Shown: piece after piece, positions 1 to 8,420 of the stretch
Numbering within the stretch: the first letter of the stretch is position 1
Layout: every line of letters begins with the position of its first letter
IMG/VR virus record: IMGVR_UViG_3300045988_077137
Length of the DNA stretch: 64,000 nucleotides
DNA from: a virus
Direction: 5' to 3' (one strand)
The notes under the pieces: model-generated
Told to the model about the DNA's origin: nothing
What the model saw: only the letters and a program-made list of their open reading frames with translations
Databases searched by the model: none
Program-made: the position numbers and the translations under genes

Positions 1-184
1 TTACTGCATGAGTCTTTTCCTTTTCCATGACCTTTACTTTGTTTGGGTTGAACCACTTATCCACCAGTCTGGGATATAATCATAACTATTCATAATCTTC
101 TTTCGTTTTTAATTTAGGGAATGAGACGTCTAACAGTCGTTCTAAGAAACTTTCCTATCCTGTGCTGACATCTCATTCGGTTTA

Positions 185-538
185 CTAATTACTTTCGCTT
201 ACAGAAAGCAAGAACACCTTATCAAAGTTCTTGATGACTGACATTGACGTGACGTCGCTGTCCACCATAACTTTACCGTTTTTGATTTCCTTTACTGTAT
301 AGAGAGTCCCGTACACGTTCTTCACTGTCTTGAACCTGTCACCAACCCTCAACTCTTCCAACTTGGCTTCTTTATACTCTGTGCCATCGCCAAGACACAG
401 AACTTCCTGGTCTTTGCTGTTTACCCGTACACAGTGAGGACAGGCATGACAGGCTGAACTCCCTATCTTGCAGCCTCCGTGAATGTTGCAGTCAGGCTGT
501 AACTGGTTCCCTTCGAACCAAAACTTCATCTTTAACAT
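185..538 (-). CDS. hypothetical protein with a Cys/His-rich N-terminus
   Basis: 117-aa ORF whose start abuts the stop of the upstream ORF. The cluster C-x6-C-x6-C-x2-C-x2-C (CNIHGGCKIGSSACHACPHC) suggests a small zinc module. No family recognised. Confidence 0.45.
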   Translation of the reverse strand: MLKMKFWFEGNQLQPDCNIHGGCKIGSSACHACPHCVRVNSKDQEVLCLGDGTEYKEAKLEELRVGDRFKTVKNVYGTLYTVKEIKNGKVMVDSDVTSMSVIKNFDKVFLLSVSESN

Positions 539-539
539 A

Positions 540-782
540 TTACCAACATCTTTTAAAATTACTCAATTTCTTACCACATCTCGCGCACTTTTCATAATAT
601 CCCGTAACATAGTGTCCTCCCTTGCGAGACTTCCCTCCTTTACGGTTCAGAATGTTCTGTTTACCACGCCAGCGTTCTTCTATGACCGTTACAGGTTGAT
701 GACCGAACCAATCACACAGGGTCTGTCGCCATTTCCTGATTAGGGATTTTTGAATCTTCTTCCACTTCTTCATACGTTGCAT
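540..782 (-). CDS. hypothetical small basic protein (CxxC near the C-terminus)
   Basis: 80-aa ORF rich in K/R that overlaps the upstream ORF by about 70 nt, so the true start is uncertain. Confidence 0.3.
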   Translation of the reverse strand: MQRMKKWKKIQKSLIRKWRQTLCDWFGHQPVTVIEERWRGKQNILNRKGGKSRKGGHYVTGYYEKCARCGKKLSNFKRCW

Positions 783-1068
783 TGAACCGTTTCTCTGACA
801 TTATAAATAACTCTCCCGTCTCGTCCGTGAACACCATATCCCCACGAGATACGGACTTCGTACCGCTGTCGCCTATGGCTTCGACATAACACTCTTCACG
901 GTTCGTGAACTGTTGGTCAATATGGTAGTCGTTGGCTTTCAACTTCTCTACCACTTCGCTGAATGTATCATCGCTCAACTGAACGATGTCAAACATTCCT
1001 GAAACTTTCGCTTTAAACTTCTTTTTCATTCTTTTCTGGTTTTTGATGTTTAAAATACTTTTCGCCAA
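712..1068 (-). CDS. hypothetical protein
   Basis: 118-aa ORF co-directional with its neighbours. No motif recognised. Confidence 0.45.
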   Translation of the reverse strand: MAKSILNIKNQKRMKKKFKAKVSGMFDIVQLSDDTFSEVVEKLKANDYHIDQQFTNREECYVEAIGDSGTKSVSRGDMVFTDETGELFIMSEKRFNATYEEVEEDSKIPNQEMATDPV

Positions 1069-1303
1069 ATACCTTGTTTATCCCGCCACCAACCATGAAG
1101 CCACCTGCACACAATAGGAACACTCCCAATTCGTTTAAATTTGTCTTGATGTACCCGTTGGTCACGACGTCCCAAATAAGACAGAAGCACACCACTAAAC
1201 CGATAATGGCTCCTATAATTACGGACAGCAGCAAGGCAAACGATTTACTGCTGTCCAATGTCCCTGACTTAACAAGAGACCTGAAATAACTTGTCATTCT
1301 CAT
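1013..1303 (-). CDS. small membrane protein with two predicted TM helices
   Basis: Two hydrophobic stretches, FALLLSVIIGAIIGLVVCFCLIW and LGVFLLCAGGFMVGGGI. It lies directly downstream of the sigma factor gene. Confidence 0.5.
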   Translation of the reverse strand: MRMTSYFRSLVKSGTLDSSKSFALLLSVIIGAIIGLVVCFCLIWDVVTNGYIKTNLNELGVFLLCAGGFMVGGGINKVFGEKYFKHQKPEKNEKEV

Positions 1304-1333
1304 ACCTGTATAGCGTTATGACGAACTCCTCTT

Positions 1334-1945
1334 TTATTTGTGAAGGACGTCATCGTATGCCTGCAACTCTATAAGTTCAATGAGGTCTCGCTTCGCTCTA
1401 TGCATAGCGTTCTTGACCTGTTGAAGAGTGAACCCCAGTTCATCAGCCATTTCTTCGTAGGTGAAGTCATCAAAGAACCGCATCTGAATAACCCGTCTTG
1501 ATGTCGACGGCATCTTCTGCATAACGCTCTTTACATATTCTATTCGCTGATTGAACGACAGGGATTCTTCAGGTGTACGGCTGTCGTCTATTACTTGTAA
1601 CGTAGGTCGGTCATCCTCGGTATCGTCGAACCCCTCATCAATGCTGACGATATTCACTCGGTTCTTCTTACGACAATAGTCTATCGCACAGTTCCTACCG
1701 ATACGGACTAACCACGCACTCAATTGATAGTCTGGTTGGAAGCGTTCCAACCGCTCAAAAGCCTTTTCGAATGTTTCCATTACGATGTCGGCTGTTAAAT
1801 CTTTGTCATTGATAATCTCACCAATCTGTATAGTGAGGATAACATTGTACTTCTTGAATATCGTTGTAAAGGCATCCTGGTCGCCACATAAGGCTCTTTG
1901 AACCAGACCGAAGTCCTTCTCGCGATGTGATGTTTTCTTTCTCAT
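1334..1945 (-). CDS. ECF-type (sigma-70 family) RNA polymerase sigma factor
   Basis: Region 2-like segment DIVMETFEKAF...SAWLVRIGRNCAIDYCRK and region 4 HTH-like segment VIQMRFFDDFTYEEMADELGFTLQQVKNAMHRAKRDL. The 203-aa size is typical of ECF sigmas. Confidence 0.8.
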   Translation of the reverse strand: MRKKTSHREKDFGLVQRALCGDQDAFTTIFKKYNVILTIQIGEIINDKDLTADIVMETFEKAFERLERFQPDYQLSAWLVRIGRNCAIDYCRKKNRVNIVSIDEGFDDTEDDRPTLQVIDDSRTPEESLSFNQRIEYVKSVMQKMPSTSRRVIQMRFFDDFTYEEMADELGFTLQQVKNAMHRAKRDLIELIELQAYDDVLHK

Positions 1946-1947
1946 GA

Positions 1948-2490
1948 TTACACCTGTTTCATCACATTCGTGAAAAATACGAATGTCGGGTATGGGCTTC
2001 CCGAATTAGCAATAATACGATGTTTCACGAACCCATTTTCTAACAGAAACTTCGCAAGACTCTTAGAGGCTTCTATATATCCGTAATTGATATCATGCGC
2101 AAGCCGTCTATCCGCCTGAAATGCTTTCTCGAATGTGTCCTGTCTATAGACCTGATGCCTCAATTCAATTTGTTGCGGAGGACAATTATGCCCAGCAATT
2201 ATTCCGGCACCAAGAAAATCCTCAACTGGACAGAACGGTAAACGATACAGTTCCGTTGGAATCATTCCTGGTATAGTGATAGCACTATCCCCGTGCCAAG
2301 CCGTGTCATGAACTTTTTTCACGAATGGCTCGATGGTTTCCTTCATGACCTTGTAATCGTCATAGAGTCCTCTACGACCATCTTCCCAGCCTTCCTTATA
2401 AACAGGCTCCAACGCTTTAACACTAAACAATAGACGGAACGCCATCTTCATACGTTCCCACACACTTCTGTTTCTTGGTTCATCTTTCAT
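1948..2490 (-). CDS. hypothetical protein
   Basis: 180-aa ORF tightly packed upstream of the sigma gene with a 2-nt gap. Confidence 0.5.
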   Translation of the reverse strand: MKDEPRNRSVWERMKMAFRLLFSVKALEPVYKEGWEDGRRGLYDDYKVMKETIEPFVKKVHDTAWHGDSAITIPGMIPTELYRLPFCPVEDFLGAGIIAGHNCPPQQIELRHQVYRQDTFEKAFQADRRLAHDINYGYIEASKSLAKFLLENGFVKHRIIANSGSPYPTFVFFTNVMKQV

Positions 2491-2508
2491 ATCTACGAAA
2501 TTATTTGT

Positions 2509-2528
2509 GAGGGAGCGTGAACTCCCTC
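2509..2528 (-). terminator. weak hairpin between two minus-strand genes
   Basis: Stem gaggga/tccctc with an 8-nt loop. There is no clean T-run on the minus strand. Confidence 0.25.
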
Positions 2529-2534
2529 TGGTTA

Positions 2535-2849
2535 TTAGTTATCATTTCCAAACAGTTGTCGCTCAACTTTAAAGCCTCTCTTCCAAGTCTTATTCTGTCG
2601 ACCGCATACTTGATTATACGTTTCCCGGAAGAACAGGGTTAAATCATCATCCTTGACATCTTCCTTACAGAACCCGTCAAACCATGCCCAGATGTTAGGA
2701 CGGTACTCAATACCAATCTCTATTTTCATAAAGTCAGGATTAGGAACTTTATCGGTTTCCCAACGTCTGATAGTCGGGTCCCACTTGTTTACTTCGAACC
2801 GTAAACCTTTACTCTCAGCAGCCTGTTTTAATTCTATTAAAGTCTTCAT
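2535..2849 (-). CDS. hypothetical protein
   Basis: The ORF track starts at a TTG (2882). The first ATG (MKTLIELKQ) is at 2849, about 28 nt downstream of a TAacTTTG motif read on the minus strand at 2880..2887. Confidence 0.5.
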   Translation of the reverse strand: MKTLIELKQAAESKGLRFEVNKWDPTIRRWETDKVPNPDFMKIEIGIEYRPNIWAWFDGFCKEDVKDDDLTLFFRETYNQVCGRQNKTWKRGFKVERQLFGNDN

Positions 2850-2957
2850 ATTATTCCGTTGATTTATTGTTTGACGCAACAAAGTTAGTCATTCTTTTGA
2901 TATATCCAATGATTTATCCGGAATATTCTTAGATTTTCCTAAAGATTTTATTCTTTG

Positions 2958-2965
2958 TACCTTTG
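2958..2965 (+). promoter_or_regulatory. Bacteroidota-type -7 promoter element TAccTTTG for the Dps gene
   Basis: Exact TAnnTTTG match 45 nt upstream of the ATG at 3011, in a divergent intergenic region. Confidence 0.45.
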
Positions 2966-3010
2966 TAATCGTTATATAACTGTTTATAAAATCTTTAATA
3001 TTAAAGGAAA

Positions 3011-3496
3011 ATGATTAAGACTGGTTTAACTGAAGAGGAACTCGAACGTAGTGCCCTCTTGCTGAATGGTTTACTTGCTGACCACTTCACGCTTATGCTG
3101 AAGACTTGGCAGTTTCATTGGAATGTCGTAGGAGACTCGTTTGGTTCCTATCACGAGGCTATGCTGAAACTCTACGAAGAAGAAATTGAACGTGTTGATG
3201 ATGTTGCTGAACGTGTCCGTGCTCTTGGCAAACGTCCGCTGGGTTCTATGGAAGCAATGTTACAGAACAACCACATCAAGGAATTCGGTATGAGCGAAGC
3301 TGTTCCACAGGCTCTTGACATGTGGAAAATCATTCGTGACGACTGGGATAAGTTGATACGCTCTATCAGAGACATTCACAAACAAATCCCCGAGAATGAC
3401 CTTGCTACTCTTAACTTCCTTGAGGACATGATTGAAAGCATGGAAAAGGAAGCGTGGATAGTGCGTTCTTACAATGTTACTCCGACAGGTATTTAG
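3011..3496 (+). CDS. dps: Dps-family ferritin-like DNA-protection protein
   Basis: LLNGLLADHFTLMLKTWQFHWNVVG....YHEAMLKLYEE..ERVDDVAERVRALG matches the Dps helix A/B signature (HWNV.G). The 161-aa size is typical. Confidence 0.85.
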   Translation: MIKTGLTEEELERSALLLNGLLADHFTLMLKTWQFHWNVVGDSFGSYHEAMLKLYEEEIERVDDVAERVRALGKRPLGSMEAMLQNNHIKEFGMSEAVPQALDMWKIIRDDWDKLIRSIRDIHKQIPENDLATLNFLEDMIESMEKEAWIVRSYNVTPTGI

Positions 3497-3522
3497 AAGC
3501 CTGTACACAGGTAAACAAAACA

Positions 3523-3553
3523 GGGTGAGTCTTTCGGCTCACCCTTTCTTTTT
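3523..3553. terminator. bidirectional rho-independent terminator between convergent genes
   Basis: Stem gggtgagtc/ggctcaccc with loop tttc. It is followed by tttcttttt on the plus strand and preceded by aaacaaaa, which gives a T-run on the minus strand. Confidence 0.7.
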
Positions 3554-3974
3554 ACGAATATCGAACTGTTCCTGATACTCTCAATGTATCTCCCGGAGAT
3601 ATTGTTATAGTTGAAAATCTAACTTCTTGCTGAAAAGTGAATGTTCCCTTGACTAAAGTTTGTCCATTTAGCGTGATGTCAATACTTTCATTCTTTCCAG
3701 ATGAAATAATTAGGTTGCATTTGTTTGTCGTGAACGTCCGACTCCCTGTCCATTGAACTTCCCCAGATATCTGTTCAGTATTTTTCTCGCCTGAATTCAT
3801 TGGATACAGCCTTTCACACAAACTGATATATTCGCTTTCGTTGTTTGTATTTATCAGCCTTAAATAAAGTCTTGACGTTACCTGTTCATAAAGCAAATTG
3901 TTAAACTGAATAGAACCTGTTTTAGACGCTGTAAAACGTCCTTGAGCCTGACTAACTTCAATGGTTCTTGTCAT
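3552..3974 (-). CDS. hypothetical protein, the downstream part of a BACON-like gene split at a G12 tract
   Basis: 140-aa ORF. Its N-terminus TRTIEVSQAQG is the typical last strand of a BACON/Ig-like domain whose earlier strands are encoded by the upstream 42-codon ORF. Confidence 0.6.
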   Translation of the reverse strand: MTRTIEVSQAQGRFTASKTGSIQFNNLLYEQVTSRLYLRLINTNNESEYISLCERLYPMNSGEKNTEQISGEVQWTGSRTFTTNKCNLIISSGKNESIDITLNGQTLVKGTFTFQQEVRFSTITISPGDTLRVSGTVRYS

Positions 3975-4099
3975 CCCCCCCCCCCCGAAATGGTTATCGT
4001 GGTAGAGCGAGCATCACCATAATTGGCTCCTGCCTGAACGGTCACTTCCTGTGACCTCCCCCCAGAGTCTGGGGTGATTGTCAAAAAGTCTTTTTGCAT
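3971..4099 (-). CDS. 42-codon ORF encoding the N-terminal part of a BACON-like domain
   Basis: Hand translation: MQKDFLTITPDSGGRSQEVTVQAGANYGDARSTTITISGGGG*. The stop TGA overlaps the downstream ATG (ATGA). It is below the 60-aa cutoff of the ORF track. Confidence 0.5.
   Translation of the reverse strand: MQKDFLTITPDSGGRSQEVTVQAGANYGDARSTTITISGGGG
3975..3986 (-). repeat. homopolymer tract, G12 on the coding strand (C12 on plus)
   Basis: Counted directly: 12 consecutive C at 3975..3986, exactly at the junction of ORFs 3971..4099 and 3552..3974. Confidence 0.95.
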
Positions 4100-4129
4100 A
4101 ATCTTTGAAATTAAATTGTTAAACGAAAT

Positions 4130-4471
4130 TTATTTATGATTGCTTCGAAGCCTTATGTATTTCCACCACGCATAGTGTTTACGGGTCTTGAGATAGTCAG
4201 GGTTCTCATCATTATTGTGAGCCTCTTCCTCAAGACTGATATCGTGATATGCGCAGTTCTGTTTCTTGTGGAACAGCCTGATGAGTAGGTACTCAACCCC
4301 ATACCACAGGTAGAAGAACACCCAGAGCATCTCCTTCATTTGAGCCGTGTGTATCGACTCGTGCGTGATTGTTGACTCCGGTAACTGTTTACGCTTGGTA
4401 AACAGTATTCCGAAGAAGTTCAACGTATGATAATTCCCAAACGGGAACCATGTGTTATAAACTATTTTCAT
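4130..4471 (-). CDS. putative small zinc metallopeptidase-like protein (HExxH)
   Basis: HESIH motif followed by an acidic EEEAH segment, plus a hydrophobic stretch WVFFYLWYGVEYLLI. The family is not identified. Confidence 0.4.
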   Translation of the reverse strand: MKIVYNTWFPFGNYHTLNFFGILFTKRKQLPESTITHESIHTAQMKEMLWVFFYLWYGVEYLLIRLFHKKQNCAYHDISLEEEAHNNDENPDYLKTRKHYAWWKYIRLRSNHK

Positions 4472-5943
4472 TCTTGATTTCTTTTCTTCTTTGCTTCGCG
4501 ACGTGCTTTCCGTCTTTCACGTCTCGCTGCGGCTTCTGCTTCCGCTTTGTTTACATTTACCTCACCCTCTTCTTTTTGTGCCTTGTGACGAGCAATAGAC
4601 TCTCCTATCGCACCCTTTACACGCATATTCTTCTTCTGCTTGTAATGCTTGTTAAGATTGTAGTCTATTTCAAACTCACCTTTCGGCTCTTCGGGTTCAT
4701 CTGGTTCCGGAGCCAGTACCACGCCATTCTCCTTGAGGCTCATATCCTTGTCGTCAGGTGTAACAGGGTTGGCACGGTTGTCTTCCTGTGCCTTCGCTGC
4801 CTTCATTGACTTCAATCGTAGGAGCATATTCTTACGAGTTGTTTCGGCTGTGGTTTGCTTCTCAGGTTCCTTCTCATCAATGATTTCCGTGATAGGGGTA
4901 AACTCCTGAACGAACTCTTTAGAGGAACGCTCTATCTGGTCCCAGTCGTATTGTTTAATCAGTGCTGACGGCAACTGTACCTGTTCACCGTCCATCAAGT
5001 TTCCATTGAACCCGTTGAACTTCGCATACCATGAAGACGCCAACTGTGATATCAACACGGTTGGATTCAACCCTACCTTTGCAGCCGTCAAACCCACTAC
5101 CAACGCATTGATAGACATCTGCTTCATGACCGTCATTACGTTGGTCTCAGCGTGAAGTGTGGCGTTGATATCAATACGACCATCAACGGTCATCTTGATT
5201 TCGTTCCCCTTAACTTCCTTTCGAGCCTGTTCAATGATACGGAGTATGAGGTTACAGTAATCGACGTTACTTCCCCCTGCTGCCCTGTTCTTGATTTCAA
5301 CCTCTACCAACATTTGATTAAGGACTTCAAGACGACCTGTTTCTGTTGCTATACGAAAGTCCTTATTCTGTAACACGTACTCGGCTCGACGTCTGGTAAT
5401 CAAGTCTCGGTTCTCAACATAGAACTTCTTCAGTTCTTCCTCCGGAACCTTAATCTTGTATTCCTTCGCCATAACCTTGGCGACATCGGTAACGGTATAA
5501 AACTTCCCAAAGAGTTCCATTATCGTGCCTGTATAGTCGACAATGTTACGAGGCTTCCGGGAACGGACTCCCATGGCTTTATTCAGTTCCAACACGGCTC
5601 GTTGGTAGGCTCGGTCTAACTGTAAGTATTGAAGACGCTTGGCGTTGGCTGAACGAACAGCCGTAATGTCCCCACCGTGCGTCTTGACAACTGCCCCCAC
5701 ATTCACCGTCTGCTGGAAGTCTATATTGATTGTTTTCTCTTCCTCTGTACCCTCGTTTAGCACGAGGTCGAAATATCTTTTAGGAGACAGGTCTCGTTCC
5801 TCTTTTGCCCATTCAGCAGCGACAAACAAGTCCTTCACCTCGTCCGATGCTTCCGTAATGTAATCAGGAGCCGTTCTCATAATACGGTCAACGTCGGCTT
5901 CCGTAATTACACGTTTCGGGATGGGTTGTTTCTTTTCTGCCAT
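4468..5943 (-). CDS. hypothetical protein with a highly basic and acidic C-terminal tail
   Basis: The first ATG (MAEKKQPIPK) is at 5943, while the ORF track begins at an alternative start (5982). About 491 aa. No motif recognised. Confidence 0.55.
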   Translation of the reverse strand: MAEKKQPIPKRVITEADVDRIMRTAPDYITEASDEVKDLFVAAEWAKEERDLSPKRYFDLVLNEGTEEEKTINIDFQQTVNVGAVVKTHGGDITAVRSANAKRLQYLQLDRAYQRAVLELNKAMGVRSRKPRNIVDYTGTIMELFGKFYTVTDVAKVMAKEYKIKVPEEELKKFYVENRDLITRRRAEYVLQNKDFRIATETGRLEVLNQMLVEVEIKNRAAGGSNVDYCNLILRIIEQARKEVKGNEIKMTVDGRIDINATLHAETNVMTVMKQMSINALVVGLTAAKVGLNPTVLISQLASSWYAKFNGFNGNLMDGEQVQLPSALIKQYDWDQIERSSKEFVQEFTPITEIIDEKEPEKQTTAETTRKNMLLRLKSMKAAKAQEDNRANPVTPDDKDMSLKENGVVLAPEPDEPEEPKGEFEIDYNLNKHYKQKKNMRVKGAIGESIARHKAQKEEGEVNVNKAEAEAAARRERRKARREAKKKRNQE

Positions 5944-6001
5944 TATCTTCCTAAATATGAAAGTGGCTGGGTGCCCCGCCACTCTTGATTGTTACTGAAT
6001 G

Positions 6002-6526
6002 TTACTTCTTTTTCGACTTCGCTGCCTTAGCAGGAGTCTTCGGTTGTTCCTCTTCCTTAGGAGCCTCTGCTTTTGGTTTCGCTGGTTCTTTCTTCGGAGC
6101 GGTCATTACGACAACCCCTGTGAACTTGGTTTTCGTAGCGGAAACAGTTTCAGAAGACGGTGCTTCTTCATCGCCCACACCATTACCAACCTCAATAGCA
6201 GCCTCAGGACTTTCAGCACGAACCAAAATGAAGAACGGTTCTTTCACCACTTTACCCTTGTCGTTCTCGCTGAGAAGTTCAATCTTAACTTTGTAGAACG
6301 GGTCTTCATCAGCACAGCCGTCTGTCTTTTCAACACGCTGTATCTTTGACGGTTGAATCTTAGGAATAGAGAAGTCCTCTCCCTTGAATTGTTTGTTCAT
6401 GAACTCCGTCACACGAGCCTCGGCTTCGGTGTAACTTTCAACTTGGAACAACCACAGTTCCTTGACGGTCTTATACGCATTGCGCTCGGTGACTGTCAAC
6501 CGTTTTGTTCTTACTTCGAAAAACAT
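6002..6526 (-). CDS. DUF4494-like protein with a Lys/Ala/Pro-rich tail
   Basis: The N-terminal 100 aa (FEVRTKR......KTVKELWLFQVESYTEAEARVTE) resemble the Bacteroidota DUF4494 family as I recall it. The C-terminus is PKKEPAKPKAEAPKEEEQPKTPAKAAKSKKK. Confidence 0.5.
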   Translation of the reverse strand: MFFEVRTKRLTVTERNAYKTVKELWLFQVESYTEAEARVTEFMNKQFKGEDFSIPKIQPSKIQRVEKTDGCADEDPFYKVKIELLSENDKGKVVKEPFFILVRAESPEAAIEVGNGVGDEEAPSSETVSATKTKFTGVVVMTAPKKEPAKPKAEAPKEEEQPKTPAKAAKSKKK

Positions 6527-6545
6527 AATCGTCTCTATTTAATGA

Positions 6546-6770
6546 TTAATAATCGTCATCCTCGTTCTTGTTTCGCGAGAACAGCGTGATGTCTTTAATA
6601 TCAACGTACCACCACTCGGTTCGGGTTGCACATTTGAACCTGTCGGGGAATTCGGCTCGTTTCGGATATGTATCCAGTACGACGCACAAAGTGTTTTCTT
6701 TGAATTGATGACCGCTGTTATTATGGCGGATGCGTACAATGTCCCCTCTTCGGATTTGTTTCTGACTCAT
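6546..6770 (-). CDS. hypothetical protein
   Basis: 74-aa ORF directly downstream of GroEL. It does not look like GroES. Confidence 0.45.
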   Translation of the reverse strand: MSQKQIRRGDIVRIRHNNSGHQFKENTLCVVLDTYPKRAEFPDRFKCATRTEWWYVDIKDITLFSRNKNEDDDY

Positions 6771-6775
6771 AGTAT

Positions 6776-8395
6776 CTACTTTTTATTTGGTTCATTATTT
6801 GCGGACATAGCACAAGACGTATTCAGGAACTGAATAGCGACTGAAACAGAGTTTTCCAGGGACACTCTTGACACTTTCGCAGGGTCAATGATTCCTGCCT
6901 CAAACATATCTTCTATCTTCTCAGTAACAGGGTTGAAGCCTTTCCACCACATCGGGTCGTCGTTGTTTGTCAGGTCAACTTCAATACGGGTTGCGTTCAC
7001 AGCAGCATTCTCACACAACTGATTGAACGGAGCCATCAACGCTTGAGCAACTACATTCCAACCGATAATGAAGTCAGGATGTTCTTCATGAAGTGAAGGC
7101 ATATTGCGTAGGTGGTCTGACGCTCTCAACTGAACCGTACCGCCTCCGGGAACGTATCCCTCTTCCAACGCTGCCCGAGTTGCGGCAATAGCATCGTCAA
7201 CACGGTCTTTTCTTTCCTTCATCTCTACCTCACTGTCCGCACCTACATAAACGACGGCTGCTCCCCCTGTAAGTTTCGAAATACGTTCACGATACTTCTC
7301 TTGGTCGTAAGAGTTCGTATTCTCCTCCATTAGATGTTTAATAGCCTCTACTCTGGTATTTATATCGGCTTCCGTACCAACGCCTCCTACGAGGATTGTA
7401 CGATTAGTAGAAACGACTGTACGTTCACACTCGCCCAGCCAGTCTGTACCGAGTTGGTCAAGCGGACGTCCAAACTCATCGCCTACCACCTTTGCGCCTA
7501 CCTTAACAGCCAAGTCCTCTATCATGTCCTTCTGGATTTGACCATATCCGGGAGCCTTTACGAAACAGGCTTTCAACCCGTTCTGCTGCTGAATGTTTGT
7601 CACGAGGAACTTGATAACGTCATTAGACGCATTAGGAGCAACGATAAGAACGCTGCGTTTCGCTGAATAAACTGTCTGAATGATAGGAAGGATTTCCTGG
7701 GGATAGTTGATGTTCTGTCCGAAGATGAGAATATACGGCTTATCAAGCACGCATTCCATACGCTCTGGGTCTGTAACGAAGTACGGGTTCACCAAGCCTT
7801 TCTCCCACTGAAAACCTGTGGTCACTTCGACTGTGGTTTCATTTCCCTTGCTGCTTTCCTCAACCGTAATCACTCCGTCGTTTCCTACCTTTCCGATAGC
7901 CTCCGAAATGATACAACCAACCTCCACATCACCGTTTGCGCTGATAGTGGCAATCTGATTTACACGGTCGAACTCGGTCTCACCAATTTCCTTCGCCATC
8001 GCTTTAATGAACGAAACGGCTTCCGAACGAGCAGCCTCCATTCCTTCTTTGAAACGCTGTGGATTCTTGACATTAGGAAGAACATTCATTCCCTCTTTGA
8101 TGAGCGCACGGGTGAGGATTGTGGCTGTGGTCGTACCGTCACCAGCCTCGTCACAGGTCTTTGCCGCAACGGTCTTAACAAGCGTTGCTCCCATACGTTT
8201 CATTGGGTCGTCGGTATCGTACGCACGGGCAACTGTTACACCATCTTTCGTGATGTGAGGAATGCCATACCCTTTGTCAATGATTACTGAATGTCCCTTC
8301 GGACCGAGAGTAGAAGATACTGCATTAGCGAGTTCATCAATTCCTTCGAAAAGAGCCTCTTGAGCAGATTTGTTGAATAAAATCTTTACATTCAT
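6776..8395 (-). CDS. groEL: GroEL/Cpn60-family chaperonin
   Basis: 539 aa. Carries the ATP-site motif AGDGTTTATIL plus GPKG and VEEG..PGGG-type segments. The C-terminal GGM repeat is absent. Confidence 0.92.
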   Translation of the reverse strand: MNVKILFNKSAQEALFEGIDELANAVSSTLGPKGHSVIIDKGYGIPHITKDGVTVARAYDTDDPMKRMGATLVKTVAAKTCDEAGDGTTTATILTRALIKEGMNVLPNVKNPQRFKEGMEAARSEAVSFIKAMAKEIGETEFDRVNQIATISANGDVEVGCIISEAIGKVGNDGVITVEESSKGNETTVEVTTGFQWEKGLVNPYFVTDPERMECVLDKPYILIFGQNINYPQEILPIIQTVYSAKRSVLIVAPNASNDVIKFLVTNIQQQNGLKACFVKAPGYGQIQKDMIEDLAVKVGAKVVGDEFGRPLDQLGTDWLGECERTVVSTNRTILVGGVGTEADINTRVEAIKHLMEENTNSYDQEKYRERISKLTGGAAVVYVGADSEVEMKERKDRVDDAIAATRAALEEGYVPGGGTVQLRASDHLRNMPSLHEEHPDFIIGWNVVAQALMAPFNQLCENAAVNATRIEVDLTNNDDPMWWKGFNPVTEKIEDMFEAGIIDPAKVSRVSLENSVSVAIQFLNTSCAMSANNEPNKK

Positions 8396-8420
8396 ATTTA
8401 TTACACTTAATCGATTTTTA

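Noticed and set aside
712-782. 70-nt overlap between ORFs 712..1068 and 540..782 as a possible programmed frameshift
   Set aside because: Joining the frames would need a +1 shift, and I see no canonical slippery site or stimulatory structure. A mis-set start for the downstream ORF is more likely.
4060-4074. Palindrome ccccagaGtctgggg upstream of the G12 tract
   Set aside because: It lies inside the 42-codon ORF and would leave a 1-nt loop, so it cannot fold as a hairpin. It is probably incidental, although it adds a second G6 run.
5962-5983. Hairpin agtggc..gccact between the DUF4494-like gene and the 491-aa gene as a terminator
   Set aside because: The stem is short, the inner GGG/CCC pairing leaves only a 2-nt loop and there is no T-run. 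At most it is a weak attenuator and not worth a feature call.
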